A DNA stretch of 62,992 bases, the filler included, from Octopus bimaculoides (Eukaryota), in assembly GCF_001194135.2 (NCBI RefSeq). It is 3 parts of 3 records of this genome, joined end to end, with 100 filler letters (N's around TTAATTAATTAA, not from the genome) between each part and the next. Parts side by side here need not be neighbours in the genome. Positions count along the whole stretch, not along the records: positions 1 to 30,501 come from NC_068985.1; 2 more parts are not named here. One strand, given 5' to 3'. Numbering within the stretch: position 1 is the first letter of the stretch; every line of letters begins with the position of its first letter. A program made the position numbers and the translations under genes. The notes under the pieces were generated by a model that was not told the origin of the DNA, did no database searches, and saw nothing but the letters and a program-made list of their open reading frames with translations. Positions 1-12,537 of the stretch are shown here, in pieces.

Positions 1-329
1 TATATATATATATATATCCGTATATATATAAGAGAAGATGTGTGTGTGTACGTGAATGTACTTTATGCTCGTCCACAAATTAGCACGCATGTCGCTCCAA
101 TTTTAGGAGGAGATTCGTCATGACCCTAGCTGCATTTTAGTCAACTTTTTCTTTCAGAGACACCCGCGTATAGCTGTAAAAATCGATAAACTTTTAACAA
201 TCTTGAAGTTTGTTGACATGGCAAAGTCAAATCTGTGTGTACGGGCGTGAAGGAGAGAGCGAGAGAGAGAAAGAGAAAGAGAGAGAGAAACAGATACAGA
301 GAGAGACAGATACAGAGAGAGACAGATAC

Positions 330-365
<36 letters not shown>

Positions 366-932
366 TGACAGAAATAGTGTGTTTGTGACAGGTGGGAGTT
401 ACAGAGTGTTTGTTAGCGTCTAACAAAAAAAATGAAAAAGTGGGAAAGAGAGACAGAAAGCAAAGAAAATCTTTCTAACCAAGACAGAGTTTGTTTGCCA
501 GCGTCTAACAAAAGAAAAAAAGAACGAAAAAGTGGAAGAGGGACACAGAAAGCGTATTACGAAAGAAAATGTAGGTAAGGAAGACAGAGTAAGTGTAAAA
601 TGTAAAATACTTTTTTTTTTCTTAAACATGAGATATAGTTTCAAATATAAGATGTTTTTGAAAGACACTATATTCTAAAATGAGATTATATATACTTTCA
701 CACACAACAATTAAAATATATTTATTTTAAATCGTTCATCTTTCTCCCCCCCTCTCACACTCACACATACGCACATATACTACTTTGGGAGTGAAAGAGT
801 TTTGTTTATATTTCACAACAACTATGAAACAAAAACGTATGTAACAATTTGTCAGTCATCCCCACCAACCCGTTTTTCGGACCACAAAAAGGGTTTGGTA
901 ATTTTTCAGATTAACACCTGCACGATTTCCAC

Positions 933-1097
933 TAGGGTGTTACATTTAGGGTTTTAGGGTTAGGGTTAGGGTTTTACGGTTAGGATTAGGGTTAGAGTTA
1001 AGGTTAGTGTTAGGGTTAGGATTAGGATTAGGGTTGGTGTTAGGATTACGGTTTTAGGGTCAGGGTTATGGTTAGGGTTTAGGGTTAGGGTTAGAGT
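933..1097 (+). repeat. Degenerate telomere-like (TTAGGG)n array, interstitial
   Basis: Direct reading: TTAGGG units mixed with TTAGGA, TTAGAG and TTTTAGGG variants. Confidence 0.9.
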
Positions 1098-1351
1098 TAA
1101 CCTAGAAGGGACAGGCCCTTTATTTTTTGGTTATATGATTTGTCCAAAAGAAACAACTTTTAAATAACAATTTTGCTTCCATTAGTGTTAGCTATACATA
1201 TCTTTCAGAAAGCTCCAAACCAATTTCACTTTATGTGGCATTCATTATGCTATATGGGAAGACAGAATAAAGGAACTTTTGTTAGCTTATAATAGAATCA
1301 ATAATCACATGGTACACTAAAACCCATTTTCCTTTTCCAGATAATACAAGC

Positions 1352-1660
1352 ATGCCATCTAAAAAGAGAGCATGCATTGGCAGAAAGTCTTCTGCAGCAG
1401 CACTGGCAGGCTAAAGAATCTGAGGACCAGAGGTCTTGTTGACGATTGAAAAGAGCTCTGCTGCTAGAGTTGAAACTACTTCAGAGCAGCATGAAACCTA
1501 TCAAGTACATGCTGCTGATGCAAGGGCTGCAGAAACCCCACAAAAGAGTGCTATCTGTCAGTCATGTGATACTGCATCCACTTCTGCCATGAGGGCCAAA
1601 AAAGCCCCATAAGAGAGTGCTATCCGCCAGGCATGCAACACTGCATCCAGTTTTGCCGCA
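1352..1660 (+). pseudogene. Decayed coding remnant (MPSKKRACIGRKSSAAALA...RAAETPQKSAI...), probably from the N-terminal repeat region of a Helitron-type protein
   Basis: Basic start followed by short Ala/Glu-rich repeats (AARVETTSEQ, ARAAETPQ) with stops and frameshifts. The assignment is from recalled similarity only. Confidence 0.3.
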
Positions 1661-2653
1661 AGATTGGCAGATGATGATAACCATAGCCATCACTGTGTTG
1701 GGCAGAATATCCAAATTTTCATGAGAAATACAAAATATTGATATTAAGAGAACAGGAAGCATGCTCATATGAAAGAAAAAGGTATTAATAAGAACAGACC
1801 ATATTAGATTAAAGAAGGGACATATTAAATTAAGGATGATGCATAAAAGGCAGTTTTGACACAGTGAAAACCAAAGTTTATGACAAAAATTAAAGCTAGG
1901 AAAACAGATTTTAGCTTATTTTGACATCTATTTTGACGTAATTTTTCAAGTCTCACAAAAGAATGTCTGCTGGTAGTGAAGTGTTCAAAGTAAATGAAAA
2001 CAACATAGTATTCAGTGTATATATGAGGGGAAGAGGAGACAAGGAACTGAAAAATTGTCAAAGGAAGTGCTGAACATGCATGAACCATGCATTGTGAGCT
2101 TGTGAGTTGCAAAGTTTCATGAGATGAAATATTGATATTAAGAGAACAACAAGTGAACTACCACACTCACATGAGAGAAAAAAAATATTAAAAAGAAATA
2201 TTTAATATATATATGTATGTGTGTATGTATCAAATCCAAGCTTCATGAACTGATTTGGTAGGGGGTGAGAAGTCCGTCCTACGCGCGTGCATGTGTGTGA
2301 GTGAGTGAGTGAGTGTGTGTGTGTGTATGTGTGTGTGTGTGTGTGTGTGTACATGTTCATGTTCATATATGTCCTCAAGAATGTTACAGTTACACTTTTC
2401 TGAATATTGCAAGTTAAAAGAGGTGATGCTGCCATCTCTCCAGTGAATAAATTACCCACTGGCCCCTCAAAGGCAAATAATAGAAGAGTTCTTTTGCTTG
2501 AAAAACAAGTAAAGGTTAACAAATGTGGTTATCTGGCTGTTAAGCCATGCTTCAATTACATATTCATCTAACCCTTGCCATCTTGGGGAAATAACAGCAA
2601 ATGAACACTGAAATGTGTGTGTGTGTGTGTATTTGTTTATATATGTATATATA

Positions 2654-2925
2654 CGCTGCTGGACAAAATCTTAAGACCAGTGAAAAAACTGCTGACATGA
2701 ATGCTTTGCAGACCAATATATTCAATCATTTTTCATTATATATTCATCTCACACACCCTAACACAACAAACTCAACCATTCCATCTATATTCTGATCCCC
2801 TTGTGAATACACCAGCACTTTGCCACCATCTCTGTCCTACTGTCTCCTACTCTCTCTCTCTCTCTCTCTCTCTCCTTCTGCACTTCCCTCTGATTGAATA
2901 ACCATGTATCTCCTTTGCAGCTGCA

Positions 2926-3002
<77 letters not shown>

Positions 3003-4248
3003 CTCTCTCTCTCTACAGGTAACCTTGTACTTCCTCTACAGCAAGACACCTGTTTTTGTCTTTCTGTCTCACTATAACCATTCAGCATCTGACACGTCTA
3101 TTGCCATCCATCCTCAAAGATTTTCAATGAGGTTTCAGTCAGGAGACATGGAAGATAATTCAAAAGATGAATGCTATTTGTTCTGAAGAAATCTTTTGGC
3201 CTGTGAGAATTATGGATTGTAGTATTACCCTGTTGATAAATCCAGTCTTCTCCACACAAACGAGAGCCTTCAGTCAATAGTGATGCCTGTGCCAATATGC
3301 CAACATAGCCAGTTGCTGTTTGATGTCCCTGCACAACCTAAAGTTCCATAGTTCTTCTGTTCAAGAAAGCACCCCACACCATGATAGAGCCTCCATCACT
3401 GTGCTTATTTGAAAAAGTCTCCAATGGAATATCTTTTGCATGCCAATATCGTTGGAGACCATCAGGACCATCAAGGTTGAATTTTTTCTCATCTTAGGAT
3501 TAAACTTTCTTCCAGTTGTAAACGTCCTAGGTCTGCTGATTCTGAGCAAATTCTAAACAAGTAGTTTTGAGGTATGGATGAAGATGAGGTCTCTGAAGAC
3601 ATTCAAGATTTTTTAAGCTCCTCTCTTTCCCTCTCTCTCTCGCTCAAGTGTTATCTTACCTTCCTTGAGCTACATTCCAAATTTGTAAGTATATTAATCT
3701 GGTTTGATGATCAACTAGTGTCTTTCCTAACTTCCCATCAAATCCTACTTAATGCTAATGAAATTTTCTTTGGTCAACTGGTCAATCTTTTCTATCTGTA
3801 TGCCTCAGGGTCTTTTAAGAAGTTTGCAATGGAGGTTTTACTGCAACCAATTTCACTGGAGATGGCATGTTGAGCAAGGCTTTGTATCTGTAGCTCTGCA
3901 ATTCTACCATGTTCAAAATCCATCAACATTTTGACTTTGCTCAGTGTTACTGTTGTGTAATAGACAGGGAGTGACTGACAGTTGTTGACACACAGAAAGC
4001 TTGAACATAAACGCCAAAATTTTTATAGAATATACCCGATTCAAACATTTTATTTGTCATGGACTTAAATTTTAGTTTTCATGCAATCCATATTTTCTGC
4101 ATTAAATGTTAAATATTTCTTTAGGTTTTGTATATCTCTTCTATTTGCCAATTATGAATCTATAATGAAAAATAGTCAAATAAATCAGTTTGAAAGGAGT
4201 TCATTTTGGCAGTTTTTTTCACTGATCTTAAAATTTTGGCCAGCAGTA
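2654..4248 (-). mobile_element. Tc1-like DNA transposon, near full length, transposase decayed
   Basis: Terminal inverted repeats: CGCTGCTGGACAAAATCTTAAGACCAGTGAAAAAACTGC at 2654 vs the reverse complement of GCAGTTTTTTTCACTGATCTTAAAATTTTGGCCAGCAGTA ending 4248; TA at the left end. Minus-strand remnant GYVGILAQASLLTEGSRLCGEDWIYQQGNTTIH resembles the DDE domain region W.FQQDNA..H. Confidence 0.85.
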
Positions 4249-4251
4249 TGA

Positions 4252-4288
<37 letters not shown>

Positions 4289-4291
<3 letters not shown>

Positions 4292-7200
4292 TGAATTAGC
4301 AGGAAACAAAAGATGAAGACAGGTGTAGGAACAACAAGTAGGTGTATTAATTTAACGTTCAGGAAAAATGGAAAAGTCTTTTACATGCCAAGCCTATGCA
4401 CTTTGAGAGAAATGATTAAGAGGCAAAAAATGGAGAGAGAATGAAAAAAACCTAGAGAGAGAAAGTTTGCAGAGTTCAATGGTCCAACATGATAAGATGA
4501 CTGGAAAAAATAGGTAGAATGAAAGGGAGATAATAATAATAATGGTAATGATGACCCTGACAAACTAAGGTGCACAAGCATGTGTCTGTATTCGAGAATG
4601 GTGTGTTGAGTCTGTATGTGTGAATGGGAAAAAGTGAGTCTAACATGTGTGTGTGTGTGTGTGTTGTATGTAGCAGTTAACGTGTGCTTGTTCAGGTGGT
4701 GTGTGCACATGCATGTGTATGTGTCTCTGTGAGCAAATAGTGGGCATGTATATAGCCTATGTGGGTGAAAGTTGTCTTTGTTTATGCATGTATTTATGCA
4801 TATTGCATGTGTGTGTATATATTGTCTGCGTCCAGGTAATATGTGCTTGTGTGGGTGTGGGAGTGTGCATGATGGTGTGTGATGTGTACTTAGTTAAACG
4901 GTGTGTGTGGCTGCTAGCATAGTGGCATGTGTGGTGACGCTATTGAAGATTGTATGTGGATGTGTGGATAATTGTGTGTAGTGTGAGTACTGAAGAGTGG
5001 TCGGTGCTAGTGTGTGTAGAGTGGTGTGTGAAGTGAGTAATGTGTTGAACAGTGTGTATGAGTGATTTTATAGTTGTGTGTGTGTGGTGAGGGTACTGAG
5101 GTAGGTGATATATAGGTGTGTAAATAGAAAGGGGGAAGTTAAATGTGGGAGGTGTGTGGGAATCTGTGTGGCATTGGTGTTAGATGAAGATAGGAAGTGA
5201 GTTGATCCCATATGGTGCAAAGGAATGAAGGAGGAAGATTAATTCCTGTTCACAGTGAAGGTGGGTGTCCAGGTGGCCCCAGTGCAGAGACAGTTTGAGC
5301 ACAGACAAATATTGTAATGAACGACCAGTAGAGAAGAAGTGGTGTGAGACTGGGGTGTCATCGTCTGGCGTCTTGGAGGTGCTCTGCGAACCAGTCAGCC
5401 AAGTGGCGTCCCATTTGAGCAATGTATAGTGAAGGACAGAAAGAGCAGGATATGTAGTAAATAACATTAGTAGAGGTGCAGGTAAAAGAGTCGGTGATGT
5501 GATAGGGACAGTTATGGGTGCCAGTGAGAATGGCGGTGTTAGAGAAGTGGGAGCAGGTGTGACAGCATGGGCAGGAGCAGAGGAAGGAGCCAGGTTGCGA
5601 AGCAGGGGTAGGGAAGAAACTGTGAACTAGGAGGTCACACAGGTTATGGGCTTATTTGAAGGAGGGAAGGGATAGGTTAGGAAAATGTGCGAGTTGGAGG
5701 GGTTGGGCTGGAGTTGCCAGAAGGCTCAGAGAATGGTGCATTGGAGGGATAGAGTGGAGGGGTGATAGGTGAGGGGAAATAGTTAAGGGTGGGGTGGGTG
5801 TGAGGAGAAAGAGCAGAGGCACGGTCCACAGATCAGACCCAAGCAAGATAATGGTAAGGAGATATCCATGTAGTATGAAGTGGTGAGCCATGAGTTGAGA
5901 CTGAGTCCCAAAGTCATGGTCATTACTGCAGAGCTTGTGTAGATGGAGGAATTGGGAGTAGGTGAAGGAGAGTGTGGGTAGGGTGGGAGGAGAATAAGCT
6001 AAGGTAGAAGTGTGAGTCAGTGTGTATGTAGTGGATGGAAGAAATGAGAACAAAGTGGTGTATGCTGAGAGAAATGTTGAAAAATTTGACGAAAGAGTTA
6101 GAGGTAGTGCAGGAGAATTTGAAGGCAAGATGGAAGGATTGGACAAAGTTAGGAAGGAGTCCAGTTGTTCTCAGGAGAGTCAGGTCATGCTGATACAGTC
6201 ATCTATATAGCGACCATATAGCTTGAGTGGGACCAGTGAACTGGGAGAATATTTGGGCCTCAACACAGCCAACAAACAGGTTTGCATAGTTGGGACCCAT
6301 TCTCATTCTCATGACCACTCCCAAGACCTGTTGGTAAAACTCCACCGTGAATGAGAAGTTGAGAGGGGCTAGAAGGGAAGGAGAAAGAGTTAAACAGATA
6401 GAGAGCATGATTGGTATCATGGGTGTGTGAGGGGAGGGAAGTCACTAGGGAGGCAAGGACATGGTTAAGGTATTTGGAGATCATTTCAGTGGGGCAGTTG
6501 CAGGCGGAGATGATTGGGGTGGCCAGGGTTGTTGGGCTTGTGAACTTTGGAAAGGAAGTAAATAGTGGGAGTGTGTGGGATATGGACAATGAGGTTGGAG
6601 GCAGTGGGAGAGAGATTGAAGGAGGAAATGAAGTCATGTATAATGGAGAGCAGTCTGCTGGTAGTTAGGCATGAGGCTGGAGGGCAGAGGGCAATTGAAG
6701 TAGGTGTCTTCAAGCTGATGGAGAGCTTCAGCTTTGTAAAGGTCTGTGCACCACACCGCTATAACTCCACCCTTGTTGGCCAGTTTGTGATATCAGAGAC
6801 ATCGAAGGACTGAGAGTTTAGCTCGGGAGATGTTAAAATGTTGGGGACACCTGCAAAAGTTGAACTGGTCCACAAGTTGGCAGATGCTTGCAAATTGATT
6901 AACTGTTTGGAACTGACCAGGAGCTGGTGTCCAGTGGGTGAAGCAGTCTTCTTCATTAGATGGTGGTGGAGTGTTGTGGAATAATGTATGTAGCCTGACG
7001 CAGTGCACAAAGTGTTGGATAATAGCATGAGTCTGAAACTCGTTACTTGATGGTATGAGAGGGAGGAAGCGCAGGCCCTTATTGAGAAGAGAGCAATCCA
7101 CTTCAGAGAGTAGAGTTCAGGAGGAATGGTAACAACAAACTGGAGTGGTGGAGATGAGCTAGATGGGGGAGGGATGATAGAAGTAGTGGAAGGCTGGAAG

Positions 7201-7800
7201 GAGACAGAGGAGGAAGTGGTGTGTGGGAGGATTGGAGTAATGGAAGGGTGAGAATGAGGATGGGCAGGAAGGGAGGGGTCGGTGTCGTGGCATCAGGTGG
7301 GACAAGATGAAAGAGTGAATGGAGTTTATGTTGTTTAGTGCAAGTGAGGAAGTTGTGGAAAAGGTGGTTCAGATGGAGGATGAAACGTAAGGTGGAATGT
7401 GCAATGGATGGTGAGCAGTAGGAAAAAAAGGTGGAATAAGCAAGTGGGAGAAGGTGGTTCAGGGTGTGTATTTTGGAGAGATTAGAACGAATGGTGGCAG
7501 GCATAAGGCAGCAGGGTAAGAGGAATAAGATGGCAGGGGCAGAATGGAAAGTAGGGTGGAAATGGTGGAAACTTTGGAGATGAGATGGTGGTGAAAGCAG
7601 AGAGTGAGAAAGGAAACATGATTACAGAAGCGTGTAGGGAAAGATTAATAGAAGGTTGAAAGCAGCTGAAAGAAAGTGTGGTAAAGTGTTTTTTTAGGCA
7701 GTGGTGAAAGTAGAGGAGAAAGAATTTATAATTAGGCATGCTGGAAAAAGGAGCAAAAAAGGAGAGAGGAAAAAAAAGTAAAAATGAGAGAGAATGGCAA
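4289..7800 (-). mobile_element. Penelope-like retroelement (RT + GIY-YIG), decayed
   Basis: Minus-strand remnants TPTIYFLSKVHKPNNPGHP, PIISACNCPTEMISKYL, FYQQVLGV...MGPNYANLFVG and the C-terminal PVSHHF...EQELIFLLHSFAPYGIN; multiple stops and frameshifts. Confidence 0.85.
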
Positions 7801-8564
7801 AGTTATTAACATATATATACTCACATATACACATATATACATACATATATATATACATAATTAAGGTTATGAAGGCTTTCCTTACTTTCATAACCTTAAT
7901 TGATTTAACCATAATACTTCTGTTTACTAGAACAACTGTTTCCTATGTTGGGTTCATGTTGGGAAGATGCTCCCCTACCCATAGAATCTTCATATTTAAT
8001 AACTTTCCATGGGAGCACTTGAATGCCTCTAACTTTTAATGATCAGTAATTCCAAATGTGTCATTATGCACTTGCACATGACTCTCCCTTGCTTTAATTG
8101 TTGATTGTTAACATTGATGGTGTCAAAAATCATTTTAATAGAAGTTATTGGGAATTTGTCATTTGAGAAGAAATCAAAATGGGAAAAATAGTGAATCATG
8201 ACATGATTTGTGGAATTTTGTTTAAGTAACATTGATTGAGCAGTAAATATCTTGTTCTTTAACTTTCCTCATGAGAGAATAAGAAAGTTTCTTATCTAAG
8301 AATTAGAAATTAAAACTAACACCTGAAACACATGTTTATACTAATGTGTATGTGTGTGCATGTGCATGTTAGTGTGTCTGTGTCTCTGTGTGTGCATGTG
8401 CATGAGTCTGTGTGTCTCTGTGTGTGCATGTGTGTATGTGAGTGTGTGTGCAAGTGTTTGAGCCTATCTCATTAGTCTTTATTCTGGTAGATTCAACACA
8501 ATGCAATATATTTTAACTGTTATTTATAGCTATGCATTATATTCATTATTTTTATTTCTTAAAG

Positions 8565-8606
8565 ACATGGATGATGCTAATGGTAACATTTCAAGGGAAC
8601 CTGATA
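8565..8606 (+). CDS. Micro-exon A1 (42 nt, phase 1-1): (D)MDDANGNISREPD; unknown Tyr-motif protein
   Basis: tttcttaaag|ACATGG...CCTGATA|gtaagt; open frame, length divisible by 3, repeated in paralogous units. Confidence 0.65.
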
Positions 8607-8734
8607 GTAAGTGTATAAACGATCCTTTAATACAATTACAATAATTAAAGCACAAGTCCACCCTTTTATTTCATTTTAGTTTCTGTCAGAGGCTGTGACA
8701 ATATGGGTGGAGGGGGTTTACTTGTTTGTTTTAG

Positions 8735-8771
8735 ACTCATTTGCCCAGCCCTGTCACTGGAATCAGTTTTG
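8735..8771 (+). pseudogene. Frameshifted copy of micro-exon D (37 nt)
   Basis: AG/GT intact but one extra G relative to the 36-nt copies at 15295 and 18012. Confidence 0.4.
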
Positions 8772-9113
8772 GTGAAGTTAGCAAAAATTTTGGCTTGCTC
8801 TTCCTTTGTGTAAAATATATAGCTTAACTACATTTCTATGCATGTACTTAAATACAACATTGAAAATATTTAGAATTCTACACATAATTTACACCTCTAT
8901 TAATCCTCATTAATAATCCAGCCCATACATATTCCTTGTAAGCCTTAACTGTGCAAGTAAACCAAACAAAGATATAATTCACATTAAATTCATTAGGTTT
9001 TTACTCAGGCAAGAGACATAAAGTGAGGAAAAGATTTGCAATGACGAATATGTCATGTTATAATCAGCTGTTGTTGTTGATAATTAACCACAATCAGCTT
9101 TGTTTGTTTTTAG

Positions 9114-9185
9114 ATACCTCTTGCTTGAAAGTAATTATGACAAATATTTTATGTCTCCAGCCATAATTGGGAATGGCTTTTAACG
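9114..9185 (+). pseudogene. Copy of candidate exon C (72 nt) with in-frame TAA at 9164-9166
   Basis: ttttag|ATACC...TAACG|gtaac; TAC (Tyr) of the 15626 copy is TAA here. Confidence 0.35.
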
Positions 9186-9724
9186 GTAACATGATTAATT
9201 TTAAATATCAACTAAACGTTTGAGTGGCAGAAATAGTAGAGTCAATAAATTAATTGTTTGGCATTAATTAATTTAGGTCCACAACATTCTGAGTTCAAAA
9301 CACAGAAAAGAAAATTTTATTCTGTGAACCACCCTTATAAGTACTAACTTTTATATAATTTCTCTTATACAATGAACATTTTGATTATGGAATAACATTT
9401 TTAAGGCCAATTTACTGAAGAACTTTTTTTCCAAGCACAAATTTCAAAATACCATTTTACTAAAATTACACTTTGTTTACTTTTGTTCATACAAAATGAA
9501 TTTATTAGGCAATTCTTTTCTTTTTCCCCAATACATCAATGAGAGGATAGTACATTCAGCTACGTTTGAATTCAAATATTTATTTGTTTCTAAATATATG
9601 TGTACATATATGACATATACAATATGTTATCCTATATGCTTAGTTACTTTCTATGCAATATCAAATTATTTAAATCATCCTCTCCAAACAATAAATATAC
9701 CTATTTTTATGTAATTTCTTGAAG

Positions 9725-9775
9725 AGCAATGCACTGAAATTAGTGATCTCAGATATTTATGGATGAAACAGCCAG
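9725..9775 (+). CDS. Micro-exon B1 (51 nt, phase 1-1): xQCTEISDLRYLWMKQP
   Basis: tttcttgaag|AGCAATG...CAGCCAG|gtaagt; in-frame 9-nt deletion at the 5' end relative to the 60-nt copies. Confidence 0.65.
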
Positions 9776-9891
9776 GTAAGTATAATCACTATTGATAATA
9801 CGTAAAGTGATCTTAGAAGAAGAGAAATAGAAAACTAGCAATCATGAAACATGTCACTCTTGATCTTTTGTCTCTTAATATATGCATACAT

Positions 9892-10112
9892 CTAAGGCGG
9901 TGCACTGGCAGAAACGTTAGCCTGCTGGGCAAAATGCTGAGCGGTATTTCATTTGCCTTTACATTCTGAGTTCACATTCTGCCGAGGTCGACTTTTCCTA
10001 TCATCCTTTTAGGATGGATAAATTAAATACCAGTAGCATACTGGGGTCGATGTAATTAACTAGCCCTGTCTCCAAATATTTCAGGCCTTGTGTCTAGAGT
10101 AGAAACCAAAAG
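9892..10112 (+). mobile_element. tRNA-derived SINE with 15-bp TSD AATATATGCATACAT
   Basis: Head GGCGGTGCACTGGCAGAAACG and B-box-like GAGTTCACATTC; TSD at 9877-9891 and 10113-10127. Confidence 0.85.
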
Positions 10113-10162
10113 AATATATGCATACATGCATGTTGTGTGAGAATGTTTAAGTCTATATCTTT

Positions 10163-10508
10163 TACCAATTTTGAAGTTTGACATGGCGAAGTCAAATCTG
10201 TGCGTACGCGCGTGAAGGAGAGAGAGCAAGAGAGAGAGAAAGAACGAGAGAGAGAAAGAAAGAGAGGGAGAAAGAAAGAGAGAGAGAAAGAAAGAAAGAG
10301 AGGGAGAAAGAAAGAGAGAGAGAAAGAAAGAAAGAAAGAGAGGGAGAAAGAAAGAAAGAAAGAAAGAGAGGGAGAAAGAAAGAAAGAGAGAGAGAAAGAA
10401 AGAAAGAATGGGAGAAAGAAAGAAAGAGAGAGAGAAAGAAAAGGGGATAAACAGAGTGTTTGCCAAGCGTCTAAAAAAAAAAAAAAATGAAAAAGTGGAA
10501 GAGGGAGA
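10163..10508 (+). mobile_element. Internal fragment of the same Helitron-like family as position 17+
   Basis: TTGAAGTTTGACATGGCGAAGTCAAATCTGTG...GA-rich tract...AAGTGGAAGAGGGA matches ~200-545. Confidence 0.6.
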
Positions 10509-11550
10509 NNNNNNNNNNNNNNNNNNNNNNNNNNNNNNNNNNNNNNNNNNNNNNNNNNNNNNNNNNNNNNNNNNNNNNNNNNNNNNNNNNNNNNNNNNNN
10601 NNNNNNNNNNNNNNNNNNNNNNNNNNNNNNNNNNNNNNNNNNNNNNNNNNNNNNNNNNNNNNNNNNNNNNNNNNNNNNNNNNNNNNNNNNNNNNNNNNNN
10701 NNNNNNNNNNNNNNNNNNNNNNNNNNNNNNNNNNNNNNNNNNNNNNNNNNNNNNNNNNNNNNNNNNNNNNNNNNNNNNNNNNNNNNNNNNNNNNNNNNNN
10801 NNNNNNNNNNNNNNNNNNNNNNNNNNNNNNNNNNNNNNNNNNNNNNNNNNNNNNNNNNNNNNNNNNNNNNNNNNNNNNNNNNNNNNNNNNNNNNNNNNNN
10901 NNNNNNNNNNNNNNNNNNNNNNNNNNNNNNNNNNNNNNNNNNNNNNNNNNNNNNNNNNNNNNNNNNNNNNNNNNNNNNNNNNNNNNNNNNNNNNNNNNNN
11001 NNNNNNNNNNNNNNNNNNNNNNNNNNNNNNNNNNNNNNNNNNNNNNNNNNNNNNNNNNNNNNNNNNNNNNNNNNNNNNNNNNNNNNNNNNNNNNNNNNNN
11101 NNNNNNNNNNNNNNNNNNNNNNNNNNNNNNNNNNNNNNNNNNNNNNNNNNNNNNNNNNNNNNNNNNNNNNNNNNNNNNNNNNNNNNNNNNNNNNNNNNNN
11201 NNNNNNNNNNNNNNNNNNNNNNNNNNNNNNNNNNNNNNNNNNNNNNNNNNNNNNNNNNNNNNNNNNNNNNNNNNNNNNNNNNNNNNNNNNNNNNNNNNNN
11301 NNNNNNNNNNNNNNNNNNNNNNNNNNNNNNNNNNNNNNNNNNNNNNNNNNNNNNNNNNNNNNNNNNNNNNNNNNNNNNNNNNNNNNNNNNNNNNNNNNNN
11401 NNNNNNNNNNNNNNNNNNNNNNNNNNNNNNNNNNNNNNNNNNNNNNNNNNNNNNNNNNNNNNNNNNNNNNNNNNNNNNNNNNNNNNNNNNNNNNNNNNNN
11501 NNNNNNNCAGCATCATCGGAATAAAATGTTTTTCCTATCAAACAGTTATC

Positions 11551-11589
<39 letters not shown>

Positions 11590-11769
11590 AGAAGAAAATG
11601 GATGGAATCCAGAGGTAGTATTCATCACCCAAGTACCCTAATTTTATCTACAGATCACTACAGTACATTGAAAAGATGGAAATAACATGTGAGGTACTGT
11701 GACCTCTTGGCAGAAACAGCTGTAAGAAACTGCTCTTCTTTCTCTGTTCTAGAAATGGTGGTATGGATA

Positions 11770-12490
11770 GAGAGAGTCTGCTTCGATGAGATGCAATTCG
11801 GTTTTGTGCCAGGTAGAAGCACCACTGATGCTATATTCCTGGTACGGCAACTGCAGGAGAAATACCTAGCCAAAGATAAACCCCTATACTTGGCTTTTGT
11901 TAACTTGGTGATAGCCTTTGACAGATACCCCCAATCCTTTATCTGGTGGGCGATGCGGAAACTGGGGATAGATGAGTAGTTAATAAGAGCTGTACAGGGA
12001 TGCTGTTAGTAAGGTAAGGGTTGACAATGAGTATAGTGAAGAATTCCAGGTAGAAGTAGGGGTTCACCAAGATCAGCCCTCATCCCCCTCTTATTCATCA
12101 TAGTCCTCCAGGCAATAACAGAAGGAGATTCTCTATGCTGATGACCTTGCTTTCATAGCAGGATCACTATCAGAACTAGAGCAAGGTTTAGAATCAAAGG
12201 GCCTTAGAGTCAATGTCACTAAGACCAAAGTCCTAGTAAGTAAGAAGGCGAACACATCACAAACTCCTTTAGATAGGTTTCCCTGCCCAATGTGTATAAA
12301 AGGTGTAGGTAGAAATTCTATAAGATGTACCTAGTGTAAGCTATGGATGCATAATAGGTGCAGCAACATCAAAGAGGTCACAGTACCTCACATGTTATTT
12401 CCATCTTTTCAATGTACTGTAGTGATCTGTAGATAAAATTAGGGTACTTGGGTGATGAATACTACCTCTGGATTCCATCCATTTTCTTCT

Positions 12491-12537
<47 letters not shown>

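Larger units (their letters stand above)
17..2200 (+). mobile_element. Helitron-like rolling-circle element, decayed or non-autonomous; 3' end not located
   Basis: Starts A|TC in a (TA)n run (TCCGTATATATATATAGAGAAGATGTGTGTG), resembling the terminus read on the minus strand at 22386 (TCTTAATATATAAAGCTGAAGTTGTGTGTC). Shares internal segments with 10163-10508 and 21680-22100. The right boundary is approximate. Confidence 0.5.

Noticed and set aside
933-1097. TTAGGG tract as a true chromosome end or fusion scar
   Set aside because: Short, degenerate, and embedded in a repeat family that recurs at 21930-22090.
9892-10112. tRNA-like A/B-box heads of SINEs as tRNA genes
   Set aside because: No complete cloverleaf; they continue into SINE bodies with TSDs.
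10056-11685. Long ORF-track entries spanning N runs, and ORFs of alternating residues (ER, IY, CV, HT) throughout the window
   Set aside because: They are open only because of gaps or microsatellites; no coding evidence.
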